Notes: generated by a model not told the origin, from the sequence alone. A stretch of DNA of 35,857 nucleotides from Nanobdellota archaeon (GCA_034722435.1 JAYENX010000023.1:6053-41909); one strand, 5' to 3'. Shown: positions 1 to 9,181, counted from the stretch's first letter. Translations and numbers: made by a program.

Positions 1-2
1 AT

Positions 3-1232
3 ATGAACATACCATGTATAAAGTGTAAAGGTAAAAATCCTGCTAATTGTGGTAGGACTTTTTGTCCGATTATTGCAAAGAATAATGCAATGTTTAAGAT
101 CAAAGATGCTGTAAAAGAAGATTTTCAAGGTGGTAGTCCTTCAGTGTTTGTTGGTCGGGTTGGTTATCCGTATTTGAATGTGGGGATACTTGCACCGCCC
201 GGTGTTTCGGAAAGTCAAGAGTATGACGCACCACGGTTATGGTCTGACAAGGGTTATAACATTCCAAAGATTGTTGATTATCGAAGTGCTCTTGTAAATT
301 CCCGGTTCAAGTGCGGTGTGATGGAGAGTAACAAATTCCTAGATATATCGCAAGAGATTGGTATGTCTTTAAAACCTGTAGATGTTGAGGTCAATCTTAA
401 GGAGAGGCCAGGGCTGAGAATGGATATAGGTCCTAATGTAACGCCAATGGGTCCGGCAGGAAAACTTGAGAAAGCGAAGATTACTTCAAACCCTGGCGTA
501 GATACAAGGGTTGATAAAGTGGTTTCGGATACTGACCTTAAATCAACTGAAGCTATAAGGTATCTTTACAATAAAAGTTTTGATGAAAACTTTCTTTCTA
601 AATTATTAAGCGTAGGTAACCTTGGTGTTGGTAGTTCTAGAAAACTAGTTCCAACAAGATGGTCAATTACCGCAGTTGACGATAATGTAGGAAAGATGTT
701 GATATCCGAAGTTAAAGATTTTTCTAACAAGGTAAATTATACTGCGTATTTTGGTTCTTACTTAGGTAATTATTATGTTATAATGTTTTTTCCGGAAGTG
801 TGGGGATATGAATTATTTGAATCGTACATGCCAGAGGCTAGCTGGAATGCTTCATATGATTTACAGTTTACAACTGATTATGAACCTCATACCGGTAGAA
901 AGACGTATGCAGAGAATTGTGCAGGAGGGTATTACACTGTTCGACTTGCTATCCTCGAAAAATTAAAGCAGATGAAAAAGCAAGGTTCAGTTCTTGCTTT
1001 AAGATTTATCACAGGCGAATATGCTGTACCTTTAGGTGTATGGGTTACAAGAGAGGCAGGCCGAAAAACTCTTTCAGGGAAAGGTTTAGAGTTCGGTTCT
1101 AAAGAGTTAATGCTAAAGTATTGTTGGGCATTAGTAAAGAAAAAGTTTGGGTTTGATATTAATAATATCTTAAAACATTCTATAATGATAAAAAATATGA
1201 AAGAGCAGAGTAAGCTCAGTTCATTCTTTTAA
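3..1232 (+). CDS. nreA: Nre family DNA repair protein
   Basis: N-terminal CxxCKG...CG...CP Zn motif; RKLVPTRWSITAVDD and VPLGVW signature segments; C-terminal PIP box QSKLSSFF. Confidence 0.92.
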   Translation: MNIPCIKCKGKNPANCGRTFCPIIAKNNAMFKIKDAVKEDFQGGSPSVFVGRVGYPYLNVGILAPPGVSESQEYDAPRLWSDKGYNIPKIVDYRSALVNSRFKCGVMESNKFLDISQEIGMSLKPVDVEVNLKERPGLRMDIGPNVTPMGPAGKLEKAKITSNPGVDTRVDKVVSDTDLKSTEAIRYLYNKSFDENFLSKLLSVGNLGVGSSRKLVPTRWSITAVDDNVGKMLISEVKDFSNKVNYTAYFGSYLGNYYVIMFFPEVWGYELFESYMPEASWNASYDLQFTTDYEPHTGRKTYAENCAGGYYTVRLAILEKLKQMKKQGSVLALRFITGEYAVPLGVWVTREAGRKTLSGKGLEFGSKELMLKYCWALVKKKFGFDINNILKHSIMIKNMKEQSKLSSFF

Positions 1233-1243
1233 TTATTTTGGAA

Positions 1244-1852
1244 TTATTTTACAGTTCCTTTCCAACTACCGTGTTCATAACGGTCAGAAGGTTTAGGAGT
1301 CCCATCACAATTCCATCTATATGCAATTCCGTGAGTTTTGCCATCTTCGTCATAAAAGTTTTGAGCATTCATCTGACCATTTTCACAGAAAAATTCGCAT
1401 GTTACAAGTTTATGATTCTTAAGTTCACAGTGTTGTTTAATCTCACCGTTCTTGTACCACTCAATCCTCGGACCGTGCTCCTCCCCTTCCAAGTTAAAGC
1501 AGTAGAACCAGTTTTTTACTTCCCTATCAGTACCATAGACCCATTTCATGAAAGGACCTACTTTTTTGCTAGTTGATATACGCTGCCAATATACGCTGTC
1601 AGAGAAACCTAGTTTTTCGGCATCATCAGGGAAAGGCGTTGCACATCTAGCTAAAAGTTCAGCAGGTATGTCTTCATAAGCTGTGTCTTTGTTAATGTCA
1701 ATGTTACTTTCCTCCCTGAAATCGTCTTGTGCTTGTTGTTCTTCAAGATCGGACTCTTCAATACCAAGATTTGCATCACTGGATCCCTTATCACTACAAG
1801 CAGTTGCAAGTATCAATAAAGTAATTAATAATCCTAAGAATATTTTTTTCAT
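1244..1852 (-). CDS. Putative lipoprotein with MORN/YwqK-like repeats
   Basis: MKK + hydrophobic stretch + LATAC lipobox-like site; acidic linker; C-terminal HGPRIEWYKNG and HGIAYRWNCDG repeats resembling MORN_2. Confidence 0.65.
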   Translation of the reverse strand: MKKIFLGLLITLLILATACSDKGSSDANLGIEESDLEEQQAQDDFREESNIDINKDTAYEDIPAELLARCATPFPDDAEKLGFSDSVYWQRISTSKKVGPFMKWVYGTDREVKNWFYCFNLEGEEHGPRIEWYKNGEIKQHCELKNHKLVTCEFFCENGQMNAQNFYDEDGKTHGIAYRWNCDGTPKPSDRYEHGSWKGTVK

Positions 1853-1968
1853 AATTTCACCTCGATGTAGCTTAAAAAAGAATTACACTATTTAAATTTA
1901 ACTTTGTATTTATTGTTATTTGAATCATTACGAAAGTTTTATATGATGTTTTCAGTATATAATTAATT

Positions 1969-2448
1969 ATGATTGAATTTTCAAACAAAAAGGATACATT
2001 TATTGATAAAGTAGTGAGAAGCGAACTTGAATCAGAACATCTTGTACAAAGAGTTATAAGAGAGGTGGAAAATGGTCGTTATCATAATGTTTGTTCTAAA
2101 AATTTAACATACGGAAACGCGTTAATGGATTATGAAAGACGAGGATTAGTAGATAAAACTACAGTTGATGCAGCGCTCTTGAAAGGTAAATTAAGAAGGG
2201 TACCTTTAGTTCTTGGTGCAGTAGCAAAAGGAAGAGGGTATAGATGGTCAGGTTTTCAACGAACATTTGGCCAGGAGATGAACGAGTTGGTTGATGAAGG
2301 ATATATTGATGAGCTTGATGCTGATGTTGCAGTGATTGGCGAAATATTAGAAGGTAAGATTATGATTGGAGGGTTATTTGATAGTAATATCGACCTCCCT
2401 AAATTAAAGGATCCAGAGACTACTACTTTGTATGTTAGTTTAAGTTAA
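1969..2448 (+). CDS. Hypothetical protein
   Basis: 159-aa ORF with a TATA-like TTTTATAT about 25 nt upstream; no recognisable family. Confidence 0.6.
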   Translation: MIEFSNKKDTFIDKVVRSELESEHLVQRVIREVENGRYHNVCSKNLTYGNALMDYERRGLVDKTTVDAALLKGKLRRVPLVLGAVAKGRGYRWSGFQRTFGQEMNELVDEGYIDELDADVAVIGEILEGKIMIGGLFDSNIDLPKLKDPETTTLYVSLS

Positions 2449-2480
2449 GCAAAGTTTAAAAGAATAAAATAGAATTATTA

Positions 2481-2580
2481 TAAAACAGCCTTGATCCTCC
2501 CGACCGTTTAATAACGCTCGAGCAAAACAAGAAATGAAATAAATAATTAAATCATTCTAAAACAGCCTTAATCCTCCTGA
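2481..2580. repeat. Imperfect 23-bp direct repeat duplicating the alaS 3' end
   Basis: taaaacagccttgatcctcccga (2481-2503) vs taaaacagccttaatcctcctga (2558-2580), 21/23 identical. Confidence 0.85.
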
Positions 2581-4327
2581 TACCGGCAGCAGAACTTTCT
2601 TCTTTAATGATTCTAAAATGGCCGAGTTCTTTAGTGTTTGTTACATGTGGACCCATACAAATTTCTTTAGATTCATCGCCGATGGAGTATACAGAAACTT
2701 TAGGTGGGTACTTGGTTCCAAACTCTGCCTGTGCGCCTGACTTTTTTGCATCTTCAAAAGACATCTCTTCCCTTGCGATTTCTAAATGCGAATCTATAAC
2801 GCGGTTAACTTCATCCTCGACAGATTTCTTTTCTTCGTCCGTTAGTTTCCTATCAAAATTGAAATCAAACCTTAAACGTTTCGGGGTAATGTTTGAACCT
2901 TTCTGTTTAATATCTTTACCAAGTACTTTTCTGAGAGCTTCACCCAAAATATGGGTAGCTGTATGGAGCTTAGCAGTTACTTCAGAAGCTTCACTTAAAC
3001 CGCCTTTGAAACGGTCAGCTGCACCTTTTCTTGAAAGTTCCTGATGCTTTTCAAATTCTTTATGAAAACCTTTAACGTCAATAGGTACATTTTTTTCTTT
3101 AGCGATCTCCTCTATCATTTCTATAGGGAAACCATAACTTTGAAATAAAAGGAAAGCTTCAACAGCTGTTATCTGTTGGTCTTTAGCGACCATTTTTTCA
3201 AACTCTCGTAAACCTTTATCGAGAGATTTTTGGAATTTATCTTCCTCTTTCTTTAATTCTTTTAGAATGAAATCTTCTTTATCTTTAAGTTCAGGATAAT
3301 CTTTTTTGTATTGGTTGATTATTACTTTAGCTATCTCGACAGTTGCATCTATCTTGAAAAGGTCAACGTCAAGCATTTTAAGTGAACGGATAACTCTTCT
3401 GATGAACCGTCTTAAAATATATCCCTGGTCAATGTTAGAAGGAGTTATGGTTCTTTCATCTCCGAGCATGAAAACAGATGCGCGCATATGGTCAGCAATG
3501 ATACGTACATAATGGTCGTCCTGGCCAACACTTGGAGGAGTTATTTCATCAATTTTTTCTATCAAAGATTTGAATATTGAACAGTCGTATACAGTTTTCT
3601 TCCCTTCAAGCATTGCAACTGTACGTTCAACACCCATACCGGTATCAACATTGTGTTGGTCTAATTTAACGAATTTACCGCCCTCAGTTTTATTGTAATC
3701 CATGAAAACGTCGTTCCAAATTTCAAAGTATTTACCGCAATTACAACTAGGGTCGCATTTAGGACCGCAAGGTTTTACTCCGGTATCGATAAACATCTCA
3801 CTATTAGGACCGCAAGGACCAGTAGTTCCAGCAGGACCCCACCAGTTTTCTTCTTTAGATAAATAATAAATTCTTTCTTCAGGAATTCCTAGAGCGAGCC
3901 AAACTTTAGCAGCTTCTTCGTCTTTAACAGCGTCTTTATCTCCAGCAAAGACGGTAACAGATATTATTTCAGGGTCGAAACCAAGTTCTTCTGTCAAAAA
4001 TTCGTAACTCCATTTGATGGCATCTTCCTTAGTATAATCATTTAGTGACCAGTTACCAAGCATCTCGAAAAAAGTAAGATGGTGTGGATCTCCGACATTA
4101 TCGATATCGCAAGTTCTAATACACTTTTGTACATTTGCTAATCTGTTGCCCATAGGATGCGGTTGACCCATCAAGAAAGGTACTAATGGATGCATGCCTG
4201 CTGTTGTAAAAAGTACAGTAGGATCATGTTCAGGTACAAGTGAAGCCGCTTCTATGATTGCGTGATTCTTTTTCTTGAAAAAATCAAGATATTTTTTCTT
4301 TAACTCTGATGCTGTTAATGGTTTCAT
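2552..4327 (-). CDS. alaS: Alanine--tRNA ligase, short form (catalytic + editing domains, no C-Ala domain)
   Basis: LFTTAGMHPL, HLTFFEMLGNWS, VDTGMGVER, editing-site HTATH...CMGPH, and C-terminal AGIRRIKA. Confidence 0.97.
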   Translation of the reverse strand: MKPLTASELKKKYLDFFKKKNHAIIEAASLVPEHDPTVLFTTAGMHPLVPFLMGQPHPMGNRLANVQKCIRTCDIDNVGDPHHLTFFEMLGNWSLNDYTKEDAIKWSYEFLTEELGFDPEIISVTVFAGDKDAVKDEEAAKVWLALGIPEERIYYLSKEENWWGPAGTTGPCGPNSEMFIDTGVKPCGPKCDPSCNCGKYFEIWNDVFMDYNKTEGGKFVKLDQHNVDTGMGVERTVAMLEGKKTVYDCSIFKSLIEKIDEITPPSVGQDDHYVRIIADHMRASVFMLGDERTITPSNIDQGYILRRFIRRVIRSLKMLDVDLFKIDATVEIAKVIINQYKKDYPELKDKEDFILKELKKEEDKFQKSLDKGLREFEKMVAKDQQITAVEAFLLFQSYGFPIEMIEEIAKEKNVPIDVKGFHKEFEKHQELSRKGAADRFKGGLSEASEVTAKLHTATHILGEALRKVLGKDIKQKGSNITPKRLRFDFNFDRKLTDEEKKSVEDEVNRVIDSHLEIAREEMSFEDAKKSGAQAEFGTKYPPKVSVYSIGDESKEICMGPHVTNTKELGHFRIIKEESSAAGIRRIKAVLE

Positions 4328-4462
4328 TTTAATTTAAAAAAAGTAAGAAAGGTGTTTATAAACTTTTTGGGATTTGAGTTAAATAATATTGATTGGTGAT
4401 ATAGATTTTGCAGGATTAACAGAATTTGTGAAAGTTATGTTTTTAATAAATTTAAGCCACAA

Positions 4463-4494
4463 GACACTGGACAAATGCGGATAAAGTTTATAAA
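4463..4494 (+). promoter_or_regulatory. Upstream motif + BRE/TATA of the Bro-N gene (shared with the LAGLIDADG gene)
   Basis: gacactggacaaatgcggataaagtttataaa, 28/32 identical to the reverse complement of 28174-28205; ends in TTTATAAA 32 nt before the ATG. Confidence 0.7.
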
Positions 4495-4526
4495 GTTCTT
4501 AATTCAATATAAGAATAGGTGGTTGC

Positions 4527-5360
4527 ATGGACAAGGAGAACAAAATTATTGTTTTTGAGCATAATAAAATTAGAAGAGTTTGGTATAATGATGAATGGCA
4601 TTTCTCAGTAATAGATGTAATTCAAATCTTAACTAATAGTAATAATCCCAGAAATTATTGGTCTATGTTGAAAAAAAGAGAAGAAGATGCAGGGATTGAA
4701 CTGTCCACAAATTGTGTACAGTTGAAATTAAAAGCACCAGATGGAAAACTAAGAGAAACAGATTGTGCCAACACAAAATCCCTATTTAGAATAATCCAAT
4801 CAATACCCTCTAAAAAAGCCGAACCTTTTAAGAAATGGCTTGCAAAGGTAGGATATGAACGTATTCAAGAGATTGAAAACCCCGAACTTGGACAAGATAG
4901 GATTAAAGAATATTATGAGCTAAAAGGTTATCCTAAAAAATGGATAGATAAAAGACTTCGCGGTATTGCAATTAGACAAGAGTTAACAGACGAATGGAGG
5001 AATAGAGATATTAAAAATAAAAAAGACTTTGCAATATTAACTAATGAAATTAGTAAGGCGACATTTGGTAAAACTATTGGTGAATACAAAGAATTTAAGC
5101 AATTACGAAATAAAAACCACAATCTACGAGACCATATGACTGATTTGGAATTAATATTTACCATGCTTGGAGAGAAGACAACTACAGAGATTACAAAAGA
5201 AAGAGATTCTCAAGGATTTGAAGAATGTAAAGAATCTGCCAAAGAAGGTGGGGAAGCTGCAAATGATGCTAGAGAAAGTGTTGAAAGACGTCTTGGAAAA
5301 TCAACAATATCTAAAGACAATTTTTTATTAAAACAGAAAAAGAAAAAAGAGATAAAATGA
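4527..5360 (+). CDS. Bro-N (BRO family, phage antirepressor-like) domain protein
   Basis: WHFSVIDVIQIL...PRNYW and FRIIQSIPSKKAEPFKKWLAKVGYERI are typical of this BRO-N protein family. Confidence 0.88.
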   Translation: MDKENKIIVFEHNKIRRVWYNDEWHFSVIDVIQILTNSNNPRNYWSMLKKREEDAGIELSTNCVQLKLKAPDGKLRETDCANTKSLFRIIQSIPSKKAEPFKKWLAKVGYERIQEIENPELGQDRIKEYYELKGYPKKWIDKRLRGIAIRQELTDEWRNRDIKNKKDFAILTNEISKATFGKTIGEYKEFKQLRNKNHNLRDHMTDLELIFTMLGEKTTTEITKERDSQGFEECKESAKEGGEAANDARESVERRLGKSTISKDNFLLKQKKKKEIK

Positions 5361-5376
5361 AATTTAATATATAAAA

Positions 5377-6048
5377 ATGGAAAAGGTTCAAACAGCAGAT
5401 GGAAGCACTACTTTTAGAAGCAATAGTGTAGACGAGACCTATCATAGTACTTCAGGTGCAAAAGAAGAATCTTTGAAAAAGTTTGTCGAACCTTGTCTTT
5501 CATTGATAAAAGAAAAAAAAGAAATTACAGTTTTAGATGTTTGTTTTGGGTTAGGATATAACACAGCTGCGTTACTAGATTCTGTTGATGAAAATGTTAA
5601 AGTAAATATTATTGCACTAGAGAATGATCCCGAGATTATATTAAAAGTTCAGGATATTGATGATAATACGTTTTCTAAATATGAAATAATAAAAGAGTTG
5701 ATTAAAGAAAATAAAGAAAAAATAAAGAAAAAAGAGACCATAAGTATAGATAAAGATAATATAAAAATAACACTCATTATCGACGATGCCAGAAAGAGTA
5801 TAACAGGGATTAGAGATAAGTTTGATTTGTGTTTCTTAGACCCTTTTTCTCCAAAAAAGTGCCCTGAATTGTGGTCATATGAGTTTCTGAATGACATCTA
5901 TGAAAAGATGAAAGATAAATCTGTTCTTACAACGTATTCTTGTGCTAGAGTGGTTAGAGATAATCTAAAAAAAGCAGGTTTCGTAGTTAGTAATGGACCC
6001 TGCGTTGGAAGAAGGGCTCCATCAACAATTGCGAGAAAAGGGAAATAA
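5377..6048 (+). CDS. MnmC/MnmD-like SAM-dependent tRNA U34 methyltransferase
   Basis: ETYHS..GA..ES; VLDVCFGLGYN (SAM motif I); LDPFSPKKCPELWS; TTYSCA. Confidence 0.85.
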   Translation: MEKVQTADGSTTFRSNSVDETYHSTSGAKEESLKKFVEPCLSLIKEKKEITVLDVCFGLGYNTAALLDSVDENVKVNIIALENDPEIILKVQDIDDNTFSKYEIIKELIKENKEKIKKKETISIDKDNIKITLIIDDARKSITGIRDKFDLCFLDPFSPKKCPELWSYEFLNDIYEKMKDKSVLTTYSCARVVRDNLKKAGFVVSNGPCVGRRAPSTIARKGK

Positions 6049-6071
6049 GCAGGTCAACTTAATTGACCTGC
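6049..6071. terminator. Perfect 9-bp hairpin immediately after the MnmC-like gene
   Basis: gcaggtcaa-cttaa-ttgacctgc; no U-run follows, so terminator function is tentative. Confidence 0.45.
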
Positions 6072-6169
6072 GATATTAGTGATTATGGCCAAAACTTGCA
6101 GATAGAAGACTTCAACCAGTTACTTTAGCCCAAAATATTTAGTCTCTGTCTTTGAATCTGATTTTTGGT

Positions 6170-6336
6170 TTTAGGCCCAACTTCTGAGCTGTGATATTAA
6201 TCGGGCACAGATTCAAGATTGAATCTGTACCCGGGAATTCACCTCTTTTTTGAGTATAAAATAAAGAACGCCGGGGACTGCAGTGTGAGGGGTGGTTTGT
6301 AGAAGTTGGGCAGTCCCTAGCTTCTTTTATCGTGAT
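6170..6336 (-). ncRNA. Candidate structured non-coding RNA (boundaries approximate; may extend to about 6049)
   Basis: BRE/TATA at 6360-6373 points into an ORF-less region. Stems: 6175-6185/6301-6311 (11 bp perfect), 6274-6281/6310-6317 (8 bp perfect), and the 6202-6233 hairpin (14 of 15 bp paired). The loop motif recurs at 30501-30524. Confidence 0.6.
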
Positions 6337-6359
6337 AACTACTAGTATAAGTAAACTAA

Positions 6360-6373
6360 TATATAAATGTTAC
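6360..6373 (-). promoter_or_regulatory. BRE-TATA promoter driving the candidate ncRNA
   Basis: Minus strand reads GTAACATTTATATA, identical to 15969-15982, which lies 24 nt before the ATG of the PhoU-like gene. Confidence 0.65.
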
Positions 6374-6553
6374 TATTTAGTATACTGGTGTACTTTATGT
6401 ATTTTTTAGTATTCTAGTTTACAATGGCTGTACACATAGAATTCTTGAGTTAGTACTGTATAGGTGACACGAGAAAATGACTTAAAAAGTTAAAAAATAG
6501 AATTGTTTTCATATAACAAAAGCAATTAGAGTAATGAAACTAATATAGTTTGA

Positions 6554-7216
6554 TTAAAGATTAAACGGCCCCATATCAGTATAAATTAGCTTTTCTTGTC
6601 TAAAATAAACCATAAATTTCACTTGAGAAGCCATTTGTCCAGATTCTGAGTGTAATTTATAAAGATCGTTGCATATTTCTTGTATATATTTTTCTTCAAA
6701 CATAGAACTTGAACCATTTTTAATTTTAGTCTCGTCAACCATCATTTCAGACCTGTTAAAAGGAGTAATACATTTGAAAGGCATCTTAGGTTGACATTCA
6801 GTTAAACCTTCTTGAGAACAAATAATAACATGGCCCTTCCCATCATTATGTTTAATAGTTGTAGCATGACCCGTATACGATATGTCATTAACATTATAAT
6901 GCTCGTGAAGAACAAATGCAATGGCATCTTCAGGAATTCCTAAATCAACCATTTCTTTGTACATTTCCGTCGCTGTTTTATTTAATAATTTAGCATAAAC
7001 TCTTAGTTCTTTAAATTCGCTTTTATCTTTCCGTAACAAAGTATTCCAAGGTTTTCTTAGATCGAAACCATTTAAAGTTAATAATCTGCGTTGAGCGTCC
7101 TTGTATAGTTTACCAACTTCTGTTTCAAGAAGAATATTGCCTTGCTGAAAAATATGTTCTGCTCTTGGTCCTCTCAAACCTGCTTCTCGTAATTGAATAA
7201 TTCCTAATAGATTCAT
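6554..7216 (-). CDS. Hypothetical protein
   Basis: 220-aa ORF with TATA-like sequence about 25 nt upstream; no family recognised. Confidence 0.6.
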   Translation of the reverse strand: MNLLGIIQLREAGLRGPRAEHIFQQGNILLETEVGKLYKDAQRRLLTLNGFDLRKPWNTLLRKDKSEFKELRVYAKLLNKTATEMYKEMVDLGIPEDAIAFVLHEHYNVNDISYTGHATTIKHNDGKGHVIICSQEGLTECQPKMPFKCITPFNRSEMMVDETKIKNGSSSMFEEKYIQEICNDLYKLHSESGQMASQVKFMVYFRQEKLIYTDMGPFNL

Positions 7217-7270
7217 AATATTTAGAAGTTAAAGGTTTTTTATAAAAATGTCTATGTTATAGTATTAAGA

Positions 7271-9142
7271 TTATAAATTATCAGTATTTGATTGAAAGAA
7301 GTTAGATATTAAATTTTCATAATCCTTACTTATTTTCAGTTCCCAGCTTGCAGGGAAAGTTCTAAAATAGTTCGGCCAGGTAAAACGATTATCAAGAAAA
7401 ACTATAGTGCCCCTGTCAGTCTCTGAACGGATACAGCGACCAGCTGATTGGAAGCAACGGTTCATAGCAGGAAATAAATATCCATAGTCCCAACCTTTAC
7501 CGAAAAGGTCGTCATAGTATTCAATAAGTTTTTTTGTTTCTAAATCAGGTCTGTTCAGTGGAAGACCTACGACAATAACCGCTTTTAACAGATCACCAGG
7601 AAAATCAACTCCCTCACCGAAAGAGCCAGAGTAAACTCCAAGAAGAACCGATCCTATTTTTTTAAAATCTTTAAACTTTTCAAGAATCTCGAGTTTGTCG
7701 TCTTTACTAAGTCCGGGTTGCTCGCTGAAAGTGGTTTTTTTACATAGAAAAGTGAAATATTTGTTAACTTCATCTCTCAAATAATATGAAGGAAAGAAAA
7801 TTGCGGTGTTACCAGGAACTGTATTGACAATATCAGCAGTAATCTCTGCTATCCTCTTGTACTGCGCCTCGTTCCTCATAGTATATTTAGTGGTAGTCTC
7901 TGGAACAATCAAGTTAAGACGGTTCTCAGGAGGGAACGGACTAGGATATTCTTTCTCCAGAGTATCATCCGGGAAGCCGAGGACATCTTTATACATAGAA
8001 GTTGGCGTCAGTGTACCAGACATAAGAATAGTTGAATGTGTTTGTTCAATTATTGGACCAGTTATAATTGAAGGGTCTAAACATCTATAAGAAAGGGTAA
8101 GTGATTGTCCTCTTCGATTAAAGTTCTTTGAAAGAATCCTTGCAAAACCTTTATCCTCTCCTTCCCACCTTACAAGGAACTGTGCAATGCTTCCAATAAA
8201 TGAACGTTTTTGTTTCTCGCGAATCTCGCCTGCAACAAATTCTAGGTTGCCAAGGATCTCGTGATAGTCGCCAATAGAATTTACCTTGTCAATAAATTCT
8301 TGTTTTTCGATCAAGCATTCGTTATTTTGAAGTTTCTCAGAAAGCTGACGAAGAATACTTAAAAGTTCAACAAGTATAGAAGCTGTTTCTTTATATTCGT
8401 TCTTCTGCGCTTCCTTTATTGCGTTACTCAAAGTTATAGAGTTAAGGTTCTGAGTAAGCATGTCTCTCACTCTTAAAGGAAGGTTATGCGCTTCATCAAC
8501 AATGACAATAGAAGATTCAAGTGATTTATCAGTTTTCTTGAAAAAAGTATCGCGAATAGTAGGATTAAAAATGTAATTATAATCAGCCACGACAATGTTC
8601 GCTTTTGATGATAAAAGAGTAGTTATTTCGTAAGGGCAGACTTGTTGCTCTAAACAAAGATCTATCATTTCTTCAGTATGATGTGGACTAGTTACCTTCA
8701 AATCAGATAACAGTTTTTTTGATCTAACTGTTGGTTTGTTTTTATCTTTAGTGTTAGTATAAAAATCGCATTGACCTTCATCTCTTTGGTGTTTGCAGTA
8801 CTCACTGAATTCAAATGATGTTAAAAGATCAGTACCAGGAACAATACACATCCATTTCTTACCAATGATATCTACACCTACAATATCTGCTTGATGTTTT
8901 TGTTTTATTTTTTTTAGAGTATCAATTGCAATAACGTGCTGAGTATGTCTTGAAGTAAGAAAAAAGATAGTTAAATCATTCTTTATAGCATGAGCGAGAG
9001 CAGGAGCTAAAGATGCAGCTGTTTTTCCAAGACCAGTAGGAGCGTGAGCGATAATATGTTTCTTATGTTCAATAACTTCTTGAATATCTTTAATAAGTTC
9101 TGACTGACTATCCCTAATTTTATCGTGCGGAAAAAGAATCAT
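7271..9142 (-). CDS. XPD/Rad3/DinG family 4Fe-4S DNA helicase
   Basis: Q motif, HAPTGLGKT (Walker A), four Cys of the FeS domain, DEAH, SGT, EGVDFPG, QSAGRCIRSETD. Confidence 0.95.
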   Translation of the reverse strand: MILFPHDKIRDSQSELIKDIQEVIEHKKHIIAHAPTGLGKTAASLAPALAHAIKNDLTIFFLTSRHTQHVIAIDTLKKIKQKHQADIVGVDIIGKKWMCIVPGTDLLTSFEFSEYCKHQRDEGQCDFYTNTKDKNKPTVRSKKLLSDLKVTSPHHTEEMIDLCLEQQVCPYEITTLLSSKANIVVADYNYIFNPTIRDTFFKKTDKSLESSIVIVDEAHNLPLRVRDMLTQNLNSITLSNAIKEAQKNEYKETASILVELLSILRQLSEKLQNNECLIEKQEFIDKVNSIGDYHEILGNLEFVAGEIREKQKRSFIGSIAQFLVRWEGEDKGFARILSKNFNRRGQSLTLSYRCLDPSIITGPIIEQTHSTILMSGTLTPTSMYKDVLGFPDDTLEKEYPSPFPPENRLNLIVPETTTKYTMRNEAQYKRIAEITADIVNTVPGNTAIFFPSYYLRDEVNKYFTFLCKKTTFSEQPGLSKDDKLEILEKFKDFKKIGSVLLGVYSGSFGEGVDFPGDLLKAVIVVGLPLNRPDLETKKLIEYYDDLFGKGWDYGYLFPAMNRCFQSAGRCIRSETDRGTIVFLDNRFTWPNYFRTFPASWELKISKDYENLISNFFQSNTDNL

Positions 9143-9181
9143 ATAGAAAATGTGAAATGAGCGGGTTTATATGGTTTTGGA

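Noticed and set aside
4527-5360. Prophage or integrated element around the Bro-N gene
   Set aside because: Flanked directly by alaS and a tRNA methyltransferase gene; no integrase, structural or replication genes.
6049-6336. SRP RNA or RNase P RNA (size would fit about 290 nt)
   Set aside because: No SRP helix-8 GNRA/AGCAG motif or RNase P GAGGAAAGUCC-type motifs, and GC content is too low.
6341-6460. Recurrent TAGTA words upstream of the candidate ncRNA promoter
   Set aside because: Irregular spacing and low complexity; no convincing palindrome or match to the operator consensus.
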